From: an uncultured Bacilli bacterium | Lineage (GTDB): Bacteria > Bacillota_I > Bacilli_A > RF39 > UBA660 | Assembly: GCA_947589675.1 (NCBI GenBank) | Contig: CANQCI010000002.1 | Coordinates: 1 to 62,849, forward strand | Length of the DNA stretch: 62,849 bases | Reading direction: 5' to 3' | Shown: positions 46,399 through 55,595 of the stretch, one piece after another | Layout: each line of letters opens with the position of its first letter | How positions within the stretch are numbered: the first letter of the stretch is position 1 | The notes under the pieces: generated by a model | The model's input: the letters and a program-made list of their open reading frames with translations, nothing else | What the model was told of the DNA's origin: nothing | Database searches by the model: none | Program-made: the position numbers and the translations under genes

Positions 46399-48195
46399 AT
46401 GAAAAATAACAGGATTCGTAATTTTTCGATTATTGCTCATATTGATCATGGTAAAAGTACACTGGCTGACCGGATTTTAGAACTAACCGGGGCGGTATCG
46501 AAAAGAGAAATGAAAGATCAATTGCTCGATAGTATGGATTTAGAAAGGGAAAGAGGCATTACAATTAAACTTAATGCCGTAAAATTAAATTATAAGTATA
46601 ATAATGAAGATTATATTATTAATTTAATTGATACCCCTGGTCATGTCGATTTTTCTTATGAAGTATCCCGTAGTCTAGCTGCTTGTGAAGGGGCAATATT
46701 AATTGTGGATGCCGCCCAAGGGATTGAAGCTCAAACACTAGCTAATTTATATTTAGCTCTGGATAATGATTTAAAAATAATTCCGGTCATTAATAAGATT
46801 GATTTACCCAATGCTAATATTCCGAAAGTCAAGGAAGAATTAATAAACGTTTTAGGTTTTAAGGACGAAGAAATTATTTTATGTAGTGCTAAAACTGGTG
46901 AGGGTGTTAAAGAGATAATGGATGCGGTAGTAACAAGAATCCCAGCTCCGAAGATTCAGGAAGATGCTCCAACTAGAGCTTTAATATTTGATTCTTATTA
47001 TGATTCTTATCGCGGGGTTATCTTACTTGTCAAAGTTGTCGATGGAAAAATTTGCGTTGGTGATACCATCAAAATGATGGCTCAAAAAAGTGAATTTGAA
47101 GTAGTTGAGTTGGGGGTAAAAACGCCAAAAGAAGAAAAATATCAAGAACTAGTAAGTGGGGAAGTAGGCTTTATTGCTGCGGCTATCAAAGATATATCGC
47201 ATGTAAGTGTTGGTGATACCATCACTATAAAGGGATGCGTTGCAAGTCGGGCAATCGAAGGTTATAAAGTTATGAAACCGATGGTTTTCTCTGGGATTTT
47301 TCCGACTGAACCCAATAGGTATGAAGAATTAAAAGAAGCTTTAAATAAATTAAAATTAAATGATGCGGCTTTAACGATTGAACCCGAAACTAGTGAAGCT
47401 TTAGGTTTTGGGTTTCGGATTGGCTTTTTGGGTCTACTTCATATGGATGTTATAATGACCCGTTTAGAAAGAGAATTTAATATAGCTATTATTGCGACCA
47501 GTCCGAGTGTAGTTTACCAAGTATATTTAACCGATGGAACCAATATAGCTATTGATTCACCCAATAAAATGCCTGATAAAGTTAAAATAAATTATATTGA
47601 AGAACCTTATATTATGACAAATATTATTACCCCTAGTGAGTATATTGGGCCTATCATGGATTTATGTCAAAATAAAAGAGGTATTTATAAATCAGTTGAG
47701 TATATAGATACGACACGAGTTAATATTCATTATGAAATACCTTTATCAGAAATAGTTTATGATTTTTATGATAAATTAAAAAGTTATACGAAAGGTTATG
47801 CCTCTTTTGATTATGAATTAACTGATTATAAAACTAGTAACTTAGTGAAAATGGATATTTTATTAAATGGGGAAGTTGTTGATGCTTTAAGTGTAATTGT
47901 CCATCAAGATTTTGCTTATGCTAAGGGTCGGAGTATTGTGAAAAAACTAAGGGAATTAATTCCTAGGCAAATGTTTCAAATTCCCATTCAAGCTAGTATT
48001 GGTTCGAAAATTATTGCGAGAGAAAATATTAGTGCAATGAAGAAAAATGTTTTAGCTAAGTGTTATGGTGGCGATGTTTCAAGAAAAAGAAAACTATTAG
48101 AAAAACAAAAAGAAGGCAAGAAAAAAATGAAAATGATTGGCTCAGTCGAAGTGCCAAAAGAAGCCTTTTTAGCCATCTTGAGTGAGGAGGAATAA
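46399..48195 (+). CDS. lepA: Translation elongation factor 4
   Basis: [28 protein letters not shown] and NKIDL GTPase motifs. 598 aa. Confidence 0.97.
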   Translation: MKNNRIRNFSIIAHIDHGKSTLADRILELTGAVSKREMKDQLLDSMDLERERGITIKLNAVKLNYKYNNEDYIINLIDTPGHVDFSYEVSRSLAACEGAILIVDAAQGIEAQTLANLYLALDNDLKIIPVINKIDLPNANIPKVKEELINVLGFKDEEIILCSAKTGEGVKEIMDAVVTRIPAPKIQEDAPTRALIFDSYYDSYRGVILLVKVVDGKICVGDTIKMMAQKSEFEVVELGVKTPKEEKYQELVSGEVGFIAAAIKDISHVSVGDTITIKGCVASRAIEGYKVMKPMVFSGIFPTEPNRYEELKEALNKLKLNDAALTIEPETSEALGFGFRIGFLGLLHMDVIMTRLEREFNIAIIATSPSVVYQVYLTDGTNIAIDSPNKMPDKVKINYIEEPYIMTNIITPSEYIGPIMDLCQNKRGIYKSVEYIDTTRVNIHYEIPLSEIVYDFYDKLKSYTKGYASFDYELTDYKTSNLVKMDILLNGEVVDALSVIVHQDFAYAKGRSIVKKLRELIPRQMFQIPIQASIGSKIIARENISAMKKNVLAKCYGGDVSRKRKLLEKQKEGKKKMKMIGSVEVPKEAFLAILSEEE

Positions 48196-48196
48196 A

Positions 48197-49192
48197 ATGA
48201 GTACTGAGGAAATTGTTATGGCGGCAAATCTTTATTTAACTGGTGAGTCTTTTCGGAGTTTAGCTCCTATTTATAAAGTATCCCATGTGACCATCAAAAA
48301 TAACTTTAGTAATAAATTAAAAGACATTGATTATGATTTATGGACACAAGTCATGGAAGCCATTGAAAATAAAAAATTAGAAAAATCTTTAGATAATCCG
48401 GTTGTTCAAAAACGAATTTTAAAAGCTTATCAATTACTTACCGAAAAAGATTTAACAGTGGTCGAAATTGCCAAAGAACTTAATTCAACGGAATTTACGA
48501 TTTACCGGGATTTAAAAAATCGCTTGGAAGCTCTTCATAAAATATCTAGTGATGTGGTTACGAAAGAAATGCTTGAGAAAGTTCAAAAAATCTTAACTAC
48601 TCATAGTGCTAATAACCGGCCAGTTTATTTAAGTTTAGATAAATTATTTAAGAAAAATTCTTCAAAATATACTTTTTTAACTAGGTCAATTTTAGCTTTT
48701 CGGTTAACTTTACCAACAATTAAAGAATTATTTGGATATAATGAAGAATTTATGCAAGCAAAGATTAGTGAATTATGTCAAGATTATAAACATGCTTATG
48801 AATATTTATTTTATTATGAATATCCTAATCAAGAAATAGCGAAAAAGAATTTTTTAGATTATTATCAAAAATTAAATGAAGCCGTAGCTCGTAAAAATAA
48901 AGAAGAGTTAGATCAATTATTACTTTTAATAACTGATAAAGATTTTAAAGAAGTTCGCAAAAGAATTATTGAAAAAAAAGAAAGTAAACCAAGGGATAAC
49001 CAAATCATTTTAGCTTATCAACTTAAATATAGTTATCCATCTTCCCTGATGGCTGAATATTTAGATACATCCCTTAATAATTATGAGTTAAGAATGAATC
49101 ATTTATTTGCTCACAATGATTTAGACCAAGGAAGATATGAAAAGTTAAATGAAGCATGGCTTAAAGGTAATCTAATGGGAGGGCGAAAATAA
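48197..49192 (+). CDS. Hypothetical protein with two SpoIIID-like HTH modules
   Basis: ATG at 48197 lies 1 nt after the lepA stop, with gaggagg upstream. ...SFRSLAPIYKVSHVTIKNNFSNKL... and ...LTVVEIAKELNSTEFTIYRDLKNRL... resemble SpoIIID-type HTHs. The C-terminal 180 aa are unassigned. Confidence 0.55.
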   Translation: MSTEEIVMAANLYLTGESFRSLAPIYKVSHVTIKNNFSNKLKDIDYDLWTQVMEAIENKKLEKSLDNPVVQKRILKAYQLLTEKDLTVVEIAKELNSTEFTIYRDLKNRLEALHKISSDVVTKEMLEKVQKILTTHSANNRPVYLSLDKLFKKNSSKYTFLTRSILAFRLTLPTIKELFGYNEEFMQAKISELCQDYKHAYEYLFYYEYPNQEIAKKNFLDYYQKLNEAVARKNKEELDQLLLLITDKDFKEVRKRIIEKKESKPRDNQIILAYQLKYSYPSSLMAEYLDTSLNNYELRMNHLFAHNDLDQGRYEKLNEAWLKGNLMGGRK

Positions 49193-50280
49193 TGGCTAAG
49201 GCCGTTTATATGCACATTCCTTTTTGTCATAAAATATGTAATTATTGTGATTTTTGTAAATTTATTTATAATGAAAAAATTGCCGATGCTTATCTGGTGG
49301 CTTTAAAAAATGAAATAATTGACCGTTATATGGATGAAGCTATTTCGACTCTTTATATCGGGGGAGGTACTCCCAGTGCTTTAACTTTAAAAGAAATTAG
49401 AGCTCTTTTAGAACTAACGAAATTATTTAAAATGGAAGATAAGTATGAATTTACCTTTGAAATGAATTTAGAAGATATTAATAAAGAATTATTAGTTATT
49501 TTAAAATATTATGGGGTTAATCGCTTAAGTATTGGAATTGAATCATTTCAACCGAAGAATCTAACATTCATGGGTAGACAAGCCGACTTTCAAGATGCCC
49601 TAGCCAAAATTAAGTTATGCCGAGAAATGGGTTTTAATAATATTAATGTCGATTTAATGTATGCTATACCTAAAGAAACCATGAAAGATTTAAAAAAAGA
49701 TTTAGATTTATTTTTAAAACTAGAACCTGATCATATAAGTACTTATAGTTTAATAATTGAAGAAAATACCAAAGCTTTTATTGATAATTATGATACAATT
49801 GATGAAGAATTAGACTATAATATGTATTTATATATATGTAAAAAATTAAATAATGCTCACCATTATGAGTTAAGTAATTTTGCTCTTCCTGGCTACGAGT
49901 CTAAACATAATTTAGTTTATTGGGATAATGAAGAATACTATGGCTTTGGGCTTGGTGCCGCCGGGTATGTTGATGGTGTTAGGTATGAAAATACCAAAAA
50001 TTTAAAAAAGTATTTAGTGGGTGAATATGTAAAAACGAGAGAACTAGTTAATCGAGAAAGTAAAATGAAATATGAAGTAATTTTAGGTTTACGCAAGATT
50101 GAGGGGATTAATAAAAAGAAATTTCAAGATAAATATCATATTGATTTAGAAAATGTCTTTGATTTAAAAAAATTATTTAAAGATAAAGATTTAATTAATA
50201 AAAAAGAATATATTTGTATAAATCCGGACAAACTATATGTAATGAATGAAATATTACTAAAGATAGAAGGATTGATATAA
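49192..50280 (+). CDS. hemW: Radical SAM heme chaperone HemW (HemN-like)
   Basis: YMHIPFCHKICNYCDF CxxxCxxC motif. The start overlaps the upstream stop (TAATG). lepA-hemN neighbourhood. Confidence 0.9.
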   Translation: MAKAVYMHIPFCHKICNYCDFCKFIYNEKIADAYLVALKNEIIDRYMDEAISTLYIGGGTPSALTLKEIRALLELTKLFKMEDKYEFTFEMNLEDINKELLVILKYYGVNRLSIGIESFQPKNLTFMGRQADFQDALAKIKLCREMGFNNINVDLMYAIPKETMKDLKKDLDLFLKLEPDHISTYSLIIEENTKAFIDNYDTIDEELDYNMYLYICKKLNNAHHYELSNFALPGYESKHNLVYWDNEEYYGFGLGAAGYVDGVRYENTKNLKKYLVGEYVKTRELVNRESKMKYEVILGLRKIEGINKKKFQDKYHIDLENVFDLKKLFKDKDLINKKEYICINPDKLYVMNEILLKIEGLI

Positions 50281-50691
50281 GTGTTAGAAAGTTTAAAAAT
50301 ATTAAATGGGCAAATGAGTCCCAAGTTTGATAAATATACCAATGTTTATACCGTTTCAGTGGCAACCGATATTACTAAGTTAGCTTTAGACTTTTCTTCT
50401 TCGAAAGGGTATACAGTCGAAATTCTTGGTAATGAGGATTTACAAGAGGGCGAAAATATCGTTAGTATTGTGTTAGCTAATGGCGAAGAACAAAATACGT
50501 ATATGATTTATGTTAATAAAGAAGAAAGTAAAGAGGCTTTAGGCGTAGCCACCAATTACGGGGAAGCACTTGAAGTAAAAAAGGAAGTACCTAATTATGT
50601 GGCTCCCTTGCTAGGTGGGACATGCTTTTTAATAATTTTACTAACCTTTGTTATTCTTTTTCATAAAAAGAAACAAAAAAAGAAACTATAA
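50281..50691 (+). CDS. Cadherin-like beta-sandwich domain protein with a C-terminal TM anchor
   Basis: GTG immediately after the hemW stop. LESLKILNGQMSPKFDKYTNVYTVSV...NIVSIVLANGEEQNTYMIYVNK has the Cadherin-like (CHU_C/Cadherin_2-type) pattern. C-terminal LLGGTCFLIILLTFVILF followed by a KK tail. Confidence 0.65.
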   Translation: MLESLKILNGQMSPKFDKYTNVYTVSVATDITKLALDFSSSKGYTVEILGNEDLQEGENIVSIVLANGEEQNTYMIYVNKEESKEALGVATNYGEALEVKKEVPNYVAPLLGGTCFLIILLTFVILFHKKKQKKKL

Positions 50692-50849
50692 ACGGACAAT
50701 GGTGAAAGACTAAAGGACAAAATATATAATTTTGAAATACGGTTTACAATTGAAACAAACTAAAAGGCACATACAACATATAAAAAATATCAGAATAAAG
50801 AAAAAAATACAAATAGGAGCTGTCAAAAAGTTAGTGATTAATTTCTTTC

Positions 50850-50879
50850 GAGAGTTTTTTTTGCCAAAGCTCTCTTTTT
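50850..50879 (+). terminator. Rho-independent terminator
   Basis: gagagtttt/aaagctctc stem followed by ttttta, about 160 nt after the stop at 50691. Confidence 0.55.
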
Positions 50880-50984
50880 ATTGTGGCAGAATATAAATAT
50901 AATGTATTAAAATTAGGACTAGAAGCATAATATATAATATATATTAGATTTATATAAAATATAATATATTACACATGTAATAAC

Positions 50985-51013
50985 TTGACATTTTATATAC
51001 ACTATGTTATTAT
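50985..51013 (+). promoter_or_regulatory. SigA-type promoter of relB-yafQ (TTGACA-17-TATTAT)
   Basis: Consensus -35 at 50985-50990 and -10 at 51008-51013. AT-rich palindromic tracts (aatatataatatatatt) lie just upstream. Confidence 0.6.
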
Positions 51014-51036
51014 TTTAACTATGAAAGAGGTGTATT

Positions 51037-51318
51037 ATGAAAAGTTTAACAACGGCTATAAGCGTCCAAATAGATAAACAAGACAAAGAGTTAGCAACTG
51101 GTATTTTAAATAATTTAGGGTTAAATATGAGTACATACATCAATATGGCAATAAAACAATTAATTAATAAAGACGGCGTGCCTTTTGAAGTAGTAAACCC
51201 TAGACCAAGTAAAGAATTACTTGAGGCAATCCAAGAGGGCGAAGATATACTAAACGGAAAAGTAAAAGCAAAAAGTTATACTAATATGTACGAAATGTTA
51301 AAGGATTTAAAGTCTTAA
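51037..51318 (+). CDS. RelB/DinJ-family antitoxin
   Basis: ISVQIDKQDKELATGILNNLGLNMSTYINMAIKQLINKDGVPFEV. The toxin gene follows 1 nt after the stop. Confidence 0.85.
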   Translation: MKSLTTAISVQIDKQDKELATGILNNLGLNMSTYINMAIKQLINKDGVPFEVVNPRPSKELLEAIQEGEDILNGKVKAKSYTNMYEMLKDLKS

Positions 51319-51319
51319 T

Positions 51320-51625
51320 ATGTTTAATTTAGAAAATACCAAGTACCACGTACAGTATACTAGCCGATTTAAAAAAGAATTTAAAAAAATTTTAAAACAA
51401 GGAAAAGACGAAAACTTATTTTTAGAGGTACTTAGCGTTATAGCAAACGGCGAAGAATTAGCCGAAAAGTATAAAAATCATAAACTAATAAATGATAAAA
51501 CTTTTAAAGAGTGTTACGAATGTCATATACAACCCGATTGGCTATTAGTTTATAAAGTACAAAATGATGAATTAGTATTATTGCTTTTTGCAACTGGTAG
51601 TCATAGTGACTTATTTAATAAATAG
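51320..51625 (+). CDS. yafQ: YafQ-family (RelE superfamily) mRNA interferase toxin
   Basis: FKKEFKKILKQGKD...KNHKLINDKTFKECYECHIQPDWLLVYKVQNDELVLLLFATGSHSDLF matches the YafQ pattern ...H.L.G....ECHI.PDWLLIY....L.L.RTGSHSDLF. Confidence 0.85.
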   Translation: MFNLENTKYHVQYTSRFKKEFKKILKQGKDENLFLEVLSVIANGEELAEKYKNHKLINDKTFKECYECHIQPDWLLVYKVQNDELVLLLFATGSHSDLFNK

Positions 51626-51702
51626 AGGATATAGAGAAGAACTACTTAAAAAGTAATTACTCTAAATGGAAGTAAAAATTCAGTGCTTACTAGGACAAAA
51701 AA

Positions 51703-51741
51703 GAAAATCACAATAGTATATATTACTAGGGTGATTTTTTT
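51703..51741 (+). terminator. Long hairpin with a T-run that abuts the next start codon and includes its SD
   Basis: gaaaatcac ... gtgattttt outer stem with an inner tagta/tacta extension, then 7 T directly before the ATG at 51742. The right arm contains gggtga, which is the SD. Confidence 0.55.
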
Positions 51742-52332
51742 ATGGAATTTATAGCTCATCGTGGTTGGTGGGAAAAACATGATGAACAAAATAAAATTCC
51801 CGCATTAAAGAAAGCTCTTATGAGTTCTAAGTACTGTGGGGTTGAAACTGATGTTCGGGTAACTAAAGATAAGGAATTAGTTTTATATCATGACCCTTTA
51901 TTTAAAGGAAAATTAATTAGTTCAGTTTTATATGAAGAATTAAAAAAAGAAAATATTCCCAGGTTAAGAGATTTATTAACTATTAATACTTCCAAAATAA
52001 TTTTATTAGAATTAAAAGATTTTGAAATGGATTTAAAATTATTAATAAAAGAATTAAAGAAATATTCGGTTTCTAATCTTTATATTATGAGTTTTAGTAC
52101 GAAATTAATTACTAATTTAAGACGTCTTACTAATAAGTATAAAGTGGGCGTTTTAAATTATGTTTTAAATAGTACTGATAATTATTCTTTTGATTTTATT
52201 TGTTTATTAAAAGGGACACTTAGTTTACAGGTTTTAGATATTTTTCAAAAACTTAAGATTGAAGTAATAGGTTATGGGGTTAAAAATAGCCATGATTTAA
52301 CTTATAATCTTAAATATATTGTCAACCCCTAA
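51742..52332 (+). CDS. Glycerophosphodiester phosphodiesterase family protein
   Basis: IAHRG...NKIPALKKAL...GVETDVRVTKDKELVLYHD is the GDPD N-terminal signature. Confidence 0.75.
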   Translation: MEFIAHRGWWEKHDEQNKIPALKKALMSSKYCGVETDVRVTKDKELVLYHDPLFKGKLISSVLYEELKKENIPRLRDLLTINTSKIILLELKDFEMDLKLLIKELKKYSVSNLYIMSFSTKLITNLRRLTNKYKVGVLNYVLNSTDNYSFDFICLLKGTLSLQVLDIFQKLKIEVIGYGVKNSHDLTYNLKYIVNP

Positions 52333-52340
52333 GTTTTTAC

Positions 52341-52369
52341 TTGCACCCTTTCTTAAGGTGTGATATATT
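52341..52369 (+). promoter_or_regulatory. Promoter of the ABC operon (TTGCAC-17-TATATT)
   Basis: Hexamers at 52341-52346 and 52364-52369. Confidence 0.5.
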
Positions 52370-52373
52370 TTAA

Positions 52374-52396
52374 TTGTACTAGTACAAATAGTACAA
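52374..52396 (+). promoter_or_regulatory. Perfect 14-bp palindrome TTGTACTAGTACAA plus a third GTACAA half-site (candidate GntR/YtrA operator)
   Basis: 52374-52387 is self-complementary and GTACAA recurs at 52391-52396. The site lies between the -10 and the SD of the ABC ATPase gene. It fits the GntR-family GT-N-AC operator logic. Confidence 0.55.
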
Positions 52397-52406
52397 TGGA
52401 GGAAAT

Positions 52407-53303
52407 ATGATAGAATTTAAAAATGTGACGAAAAGCTTTCGAGGCAAGGGCAATGTCTTAGAAAAATTAAATTGTCAAATCCCCGATAATGCTATCTATG
52501 GTTTAGTTGGTGCCAATGGAGCCGGCAAATCAACGCTTCTTCGACTTTTAGCTAGTGTCTATGAAGCGGATGCGGGGAAAATTATTATTGATGGGCAAAA
52601 TGCTTATGATAATTTAGAAGTTAAAAAAGATATTTGTTTAGTTCCGGATGATTTATATTTTTGTTCGGGCTATAATCTTTATGAATTAGCTCAATTTTAT
52701 AAAGCTCTTTATCCCCAATTTGATTATGAATTTGTGGTTAAAGCCGCACGGAAGTTGAAACTAAAAATGGATGTGAGTATCAGTACTTTTTCGAAGGGCA
52801 TGAAAAGGCAGTGTGCTTTAATCTGTGCTTTAGCAACTAATGCTAAATATTTATTATTTGATGAAACCTTTGATGGGCTTGACCCCGTGGTTCGTAATTT
52901 CTTTAAAAATGTTTTAGCTGAACAATTAACTCGCCAAAGTACAACCATTATTATGACTAGTCATAACTTAAGAGAACTAGAAGATATCTGTGATAACTTA
53001 GGCTTACTTTATAAAGGTTCAATTCTTTTTGAAGGGGATATTGACCAACTTAAAACGCATATGTTTAAAGTCCAAATATCTTTAAAAGAAGACTTTAATA
53101 AAGAAACGTTTAAAGATTTCAATATTCTTTCTTATAAAAAGATTGGTCGGGTAGCAACCCTTATCTTAAATGATGAAGATGGAAGTCGGGAGAAACTCAA
53201 GAAATTAAAACCACTTTTATTAGACTTTTTACCTTTAACATTAGAAGAAATATTTATTTATCAAATGGAGGCTTTAGGATATGAATTTAACGAAATGTTT
53301 TAA
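52407..53303 (+). CDS. ABC transporter ATP-binding protein
   Basis: Walker A GANGAGKST, signature FSKGMKRQ, Walker B LLFDETFDGLD. Confidence 0.93.
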   Translation: MIEFKNVTKSFRGKGNVLEKLNCQIPDNAIYGLVGANGAGKSTLLRLLASVYEADAGKIIIDGQNAYDNLEVKKDICLVPDDLYFCSGYNLYELAQFYKALYPQFDYEFVVKAARKLKLKMDVSISTFSKGMKRQCALICALATNAKYLLFDETFDGLDPVVRNFFKNVLAEQLTRQSTTIIMTSHNLRELEDICDNLGLLYKGSILFEGDIDQLKTHMFKVQISLKEDFNKETFKDFNILSYKKIGRVATLILNDEDGSREKLKKLKPLLLDFLPLTLEEIFIYQMEALGYEFNEMF

Positions 53304-55155
53304 TTATAAATTCTTTAAAGAAAATTTTAAAAAATCTAAAAGTATTTTAATCTTTTCTTTAGGAATAGTACCTTTACTTAATTTTATCTTTTTATTAATA
53401 CTTGCTTTAAATAGCTCGAAAAGTGTGATTATCTTTAGTGAATTAAGTATGATTACGATGCTTGGCTCTTTAGTGGTTCCCACGGTTTTAGCTTTTTCTT
53501 TCTTTACTTTCTTATTTAAACAAAATAGTGTTGACTTTTATATGTCCAAACCAATAAAGAAATCAACCATGTATTTAACTAATATTTTGGGAAGTCTTAT
53601 TTTATTAATTTTATTTATGCTTATTAATTCTTTAGTATTTGGCATAATTAATTTAACGACTAGTTTAGTTATCCCGATAAATATTATAATTGATTATTTT
53701 TGCTACTGGCTTTCCGCTTACTTTTTAATTTTTGCTATCTGGGTTTTAGCGATAACTTTATCAGGGAATGCTTTAACTAGTATAATTATTGTTTTACTTA
53801 TCTTTTTAATGTATCCTTTTCTAGCCATATTTCATGATTTTCTTATTAATGATAGTGATATGCATTACATCTTATATTTTAAATCACAAGAAATAAACTT
53901 AAATCCACGGGAGAATTTCTTCTTTAATAGTATAATTAATTTTGTTACAAATGGAGTTTATAATACGGGCTGTATGGTAAAATCATTCCTTTTAAGTTTG
54001 GCTTACTTAGCCTTGGGTTATCTTGGGTTTACGAAAAGAAAAATGGAAAATAATGAAGGAACATTTAATAATCCTAAAATTTATTACTTAGTTAAGACTT
54101 TAACTTTCTTACCAGTTTGTGCTTTAGGTTATGTTTTTGTTCGGGGGACTGATGCTTCTTATTTTCTTATCGTCATTGTGGTGGCTTTAGCTTACTATAT
54201 TATTTATGATATTATTTTAAGATATAATCAAACAAAACTTCGTTATTCAATTCTAATATGTATTATTAGTTTTGGGTTATTGGAAGGAAGTATTGCTCTT
54301 TTAGATAATGTTATTTATAACAAAGAAATTAAATATACCAATATTGATGCAATATTAGTAGACGTTCGGGTGGATAAAACTGATGATAATATTCAATATT
54401 ATAAAAATGTTTTAATTAATGACCCAAGTTTAATTAAGAAAATTCTTACCAAAACAGTTGATGATTTAAGTAAACCAACTGTCTACTATTTTTCGCCAGT
54501 TGATGTTAAAAGCGAAGGAAAATGGTTTGGTGCTAATTTAATAATTGATAGTTTTGATGAGGAAATTATTGCTTATGCTAAACGGAATAATATGGTTAGT
54601 GTTTTAGAAAGTATTGATTATGATGATATTAAATATATTGATACAACTTATGATTTAAAAATTCCGATTACGGATAATTTAAAACAATTGTTAATAGATA
54701 ATAAGAGTAAGAATTTTGTGAATAATAATGATGATGTTATCAATCTTTGGGTTTATCAAAATCATCGATATGATTTAATCCATTATCAAGTGGCTCGGAG
54801 TAAAGAATTAGAACAATTGATTGCTAATTATGAAAATGAAGATTTTATCAAGCACTTAGATGGTGTTTATATTACTTCCCTTGTTTCTAATCAAGAATAT
54901 GATAATGGTAATTATGATGAAGCTCTAAGTTATGTAGCTCGGAAAAATTTTAAAGCTTTAACTGATTTCTTAAAGAAACACCAAAAAGATAAAGTAGCAG
55001 AAAAATTTATAACTATCTCAAGTTATGAAAGTAAAACTGGGAAAAATCATCAATATATAATATATGATGTTGATAGCTTTAATGAATTATGGCAAGGCTT
55101 CATAGATAGTCTTCAAAATGATAGCGAATATATTAGATTAACCGAAGAAGAATAA
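53281..55155 (+). CDS. ABC-2-like multi-pass membrane protein with a soluble C-terminal domain of about 290 aa
   Basis: Overlaps the ATPase gene by 23 nt. About 8 hydrophobic helices in the first 330 aa. No recognisable motif in the C-terminal part. Confidence 0.65.
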   Translation: MNLTKCFNYKFFKENFKKSKSILIFSLGIVPLLNFIFLLILALNSSKSVIIFSELSMITMLGSLVVPTVLAFSFFTFLFKQNSVDFYMSKPIKKSTMYLTNILGSLILLILFMLINSLVFGIINLTTSLVIPINIIIDYFCYWLSAYFLIFAIWVLAITLSGNALTSIIIVLLIFLMYPFLAIFHDFLINDSDMHYILYFKSQEINLNPRENFFFNSIINFVTNGVYNTGCMVKSFLLSLAYLALGYLGFTKRKMENNEGTFNNPKIYYLVKTLTFLPVCALGYVFVRGTDASYFLIVIVVALAYYIIYDIILRYNQTKLRYSILICIISFGLLEGSIALLDNVIYNKEIKYTNIDAILVDVRVDKTDDNIQYYKNVLINDPSLIKKILTKTVDDLSKPTVYYFSPVDVKSEGKWFGANLIIDSFDEEIIAYAKRNNMVSVLESIDYDDIKYIDTTYDLKIPITDNLKQLLIDNKSKNFVNNNDDVINLWVYQNHRYDLIHYQVARSKELEQLIANYENEDFIKHLDGVYITSLVSNQEYDNGNYDEALSYVARKNFKALTDFLKKHQKDKVAEKFITISSYESKTGKNHQYIIYDVDSFNELWQGFIDSLQNDSEYIRLTEEE

Positions 55156-55511
55156 TGAATATAAATATTGATTATAAATCACGAATATGTATCTATGAGC
55201 AAATCGTTTTAGAAGTCGAAAGATTAATTACTTTAGATATTTTAAAACCTGATGATAAAATCCCATCAATTAGGGAACTAGCTTGTAGTTTAAATATTAA
55301 TCCTAATACGGTTAAAAAAGCTTATGATATTTTAGAAGAAAAAAATCTAATTATTTCGAAATCAACTAAAGGAACATTTATTAATAATGCTCCGCTGGAT
55401 TTAAAAAGTGAAAAAATAAATACTTTATTAACTGATATCCAAAAAAATATCCGAGAATTAGAGAACTTAGGACTTGATAAAAAAGAAATATTAAAAAGAT
55501 TAGCTGATTAA
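55155..55511 (+). CDS. GntR-family (YtrA-subfamily, short) transcriptional regulator
   Basis: IYEQIVLEVERLITLDILKPDDKIPSIRELACSLNINPNTVKKAYDILEEKNLI. 118 aa. The start overlaps the upstream stop (TAATG). Confidence 0.85.
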   Translation: MNINIDYKSRICIYEQIVLEVERLITLDILKPDDKIPSIRELACSLNINPNTVKKAYDILEEKNLIISKSTKGTFINNAPLDLKSEKINTLLTDIQKNIRELENLGLDKKEILKRLAD

Positions 55512-55530
55512 AAACTAATCTTTTTTTTAG

Positions 55531-55559
55531 TTTACAATTATTATTTTGCTCGGTATAAT
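55531..55559 (+). promoter_or_regulatory. SigA-type promoter of rmuC (TTTACA-17-TATAAT)
   Basis: Hexamers at 55531-55536 and 55554-55559. Confidence 0.6.
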
Positions 55560-55595
55560 TAAGTTAATAGTAAATATATAAATAAAGGTGGTTTT

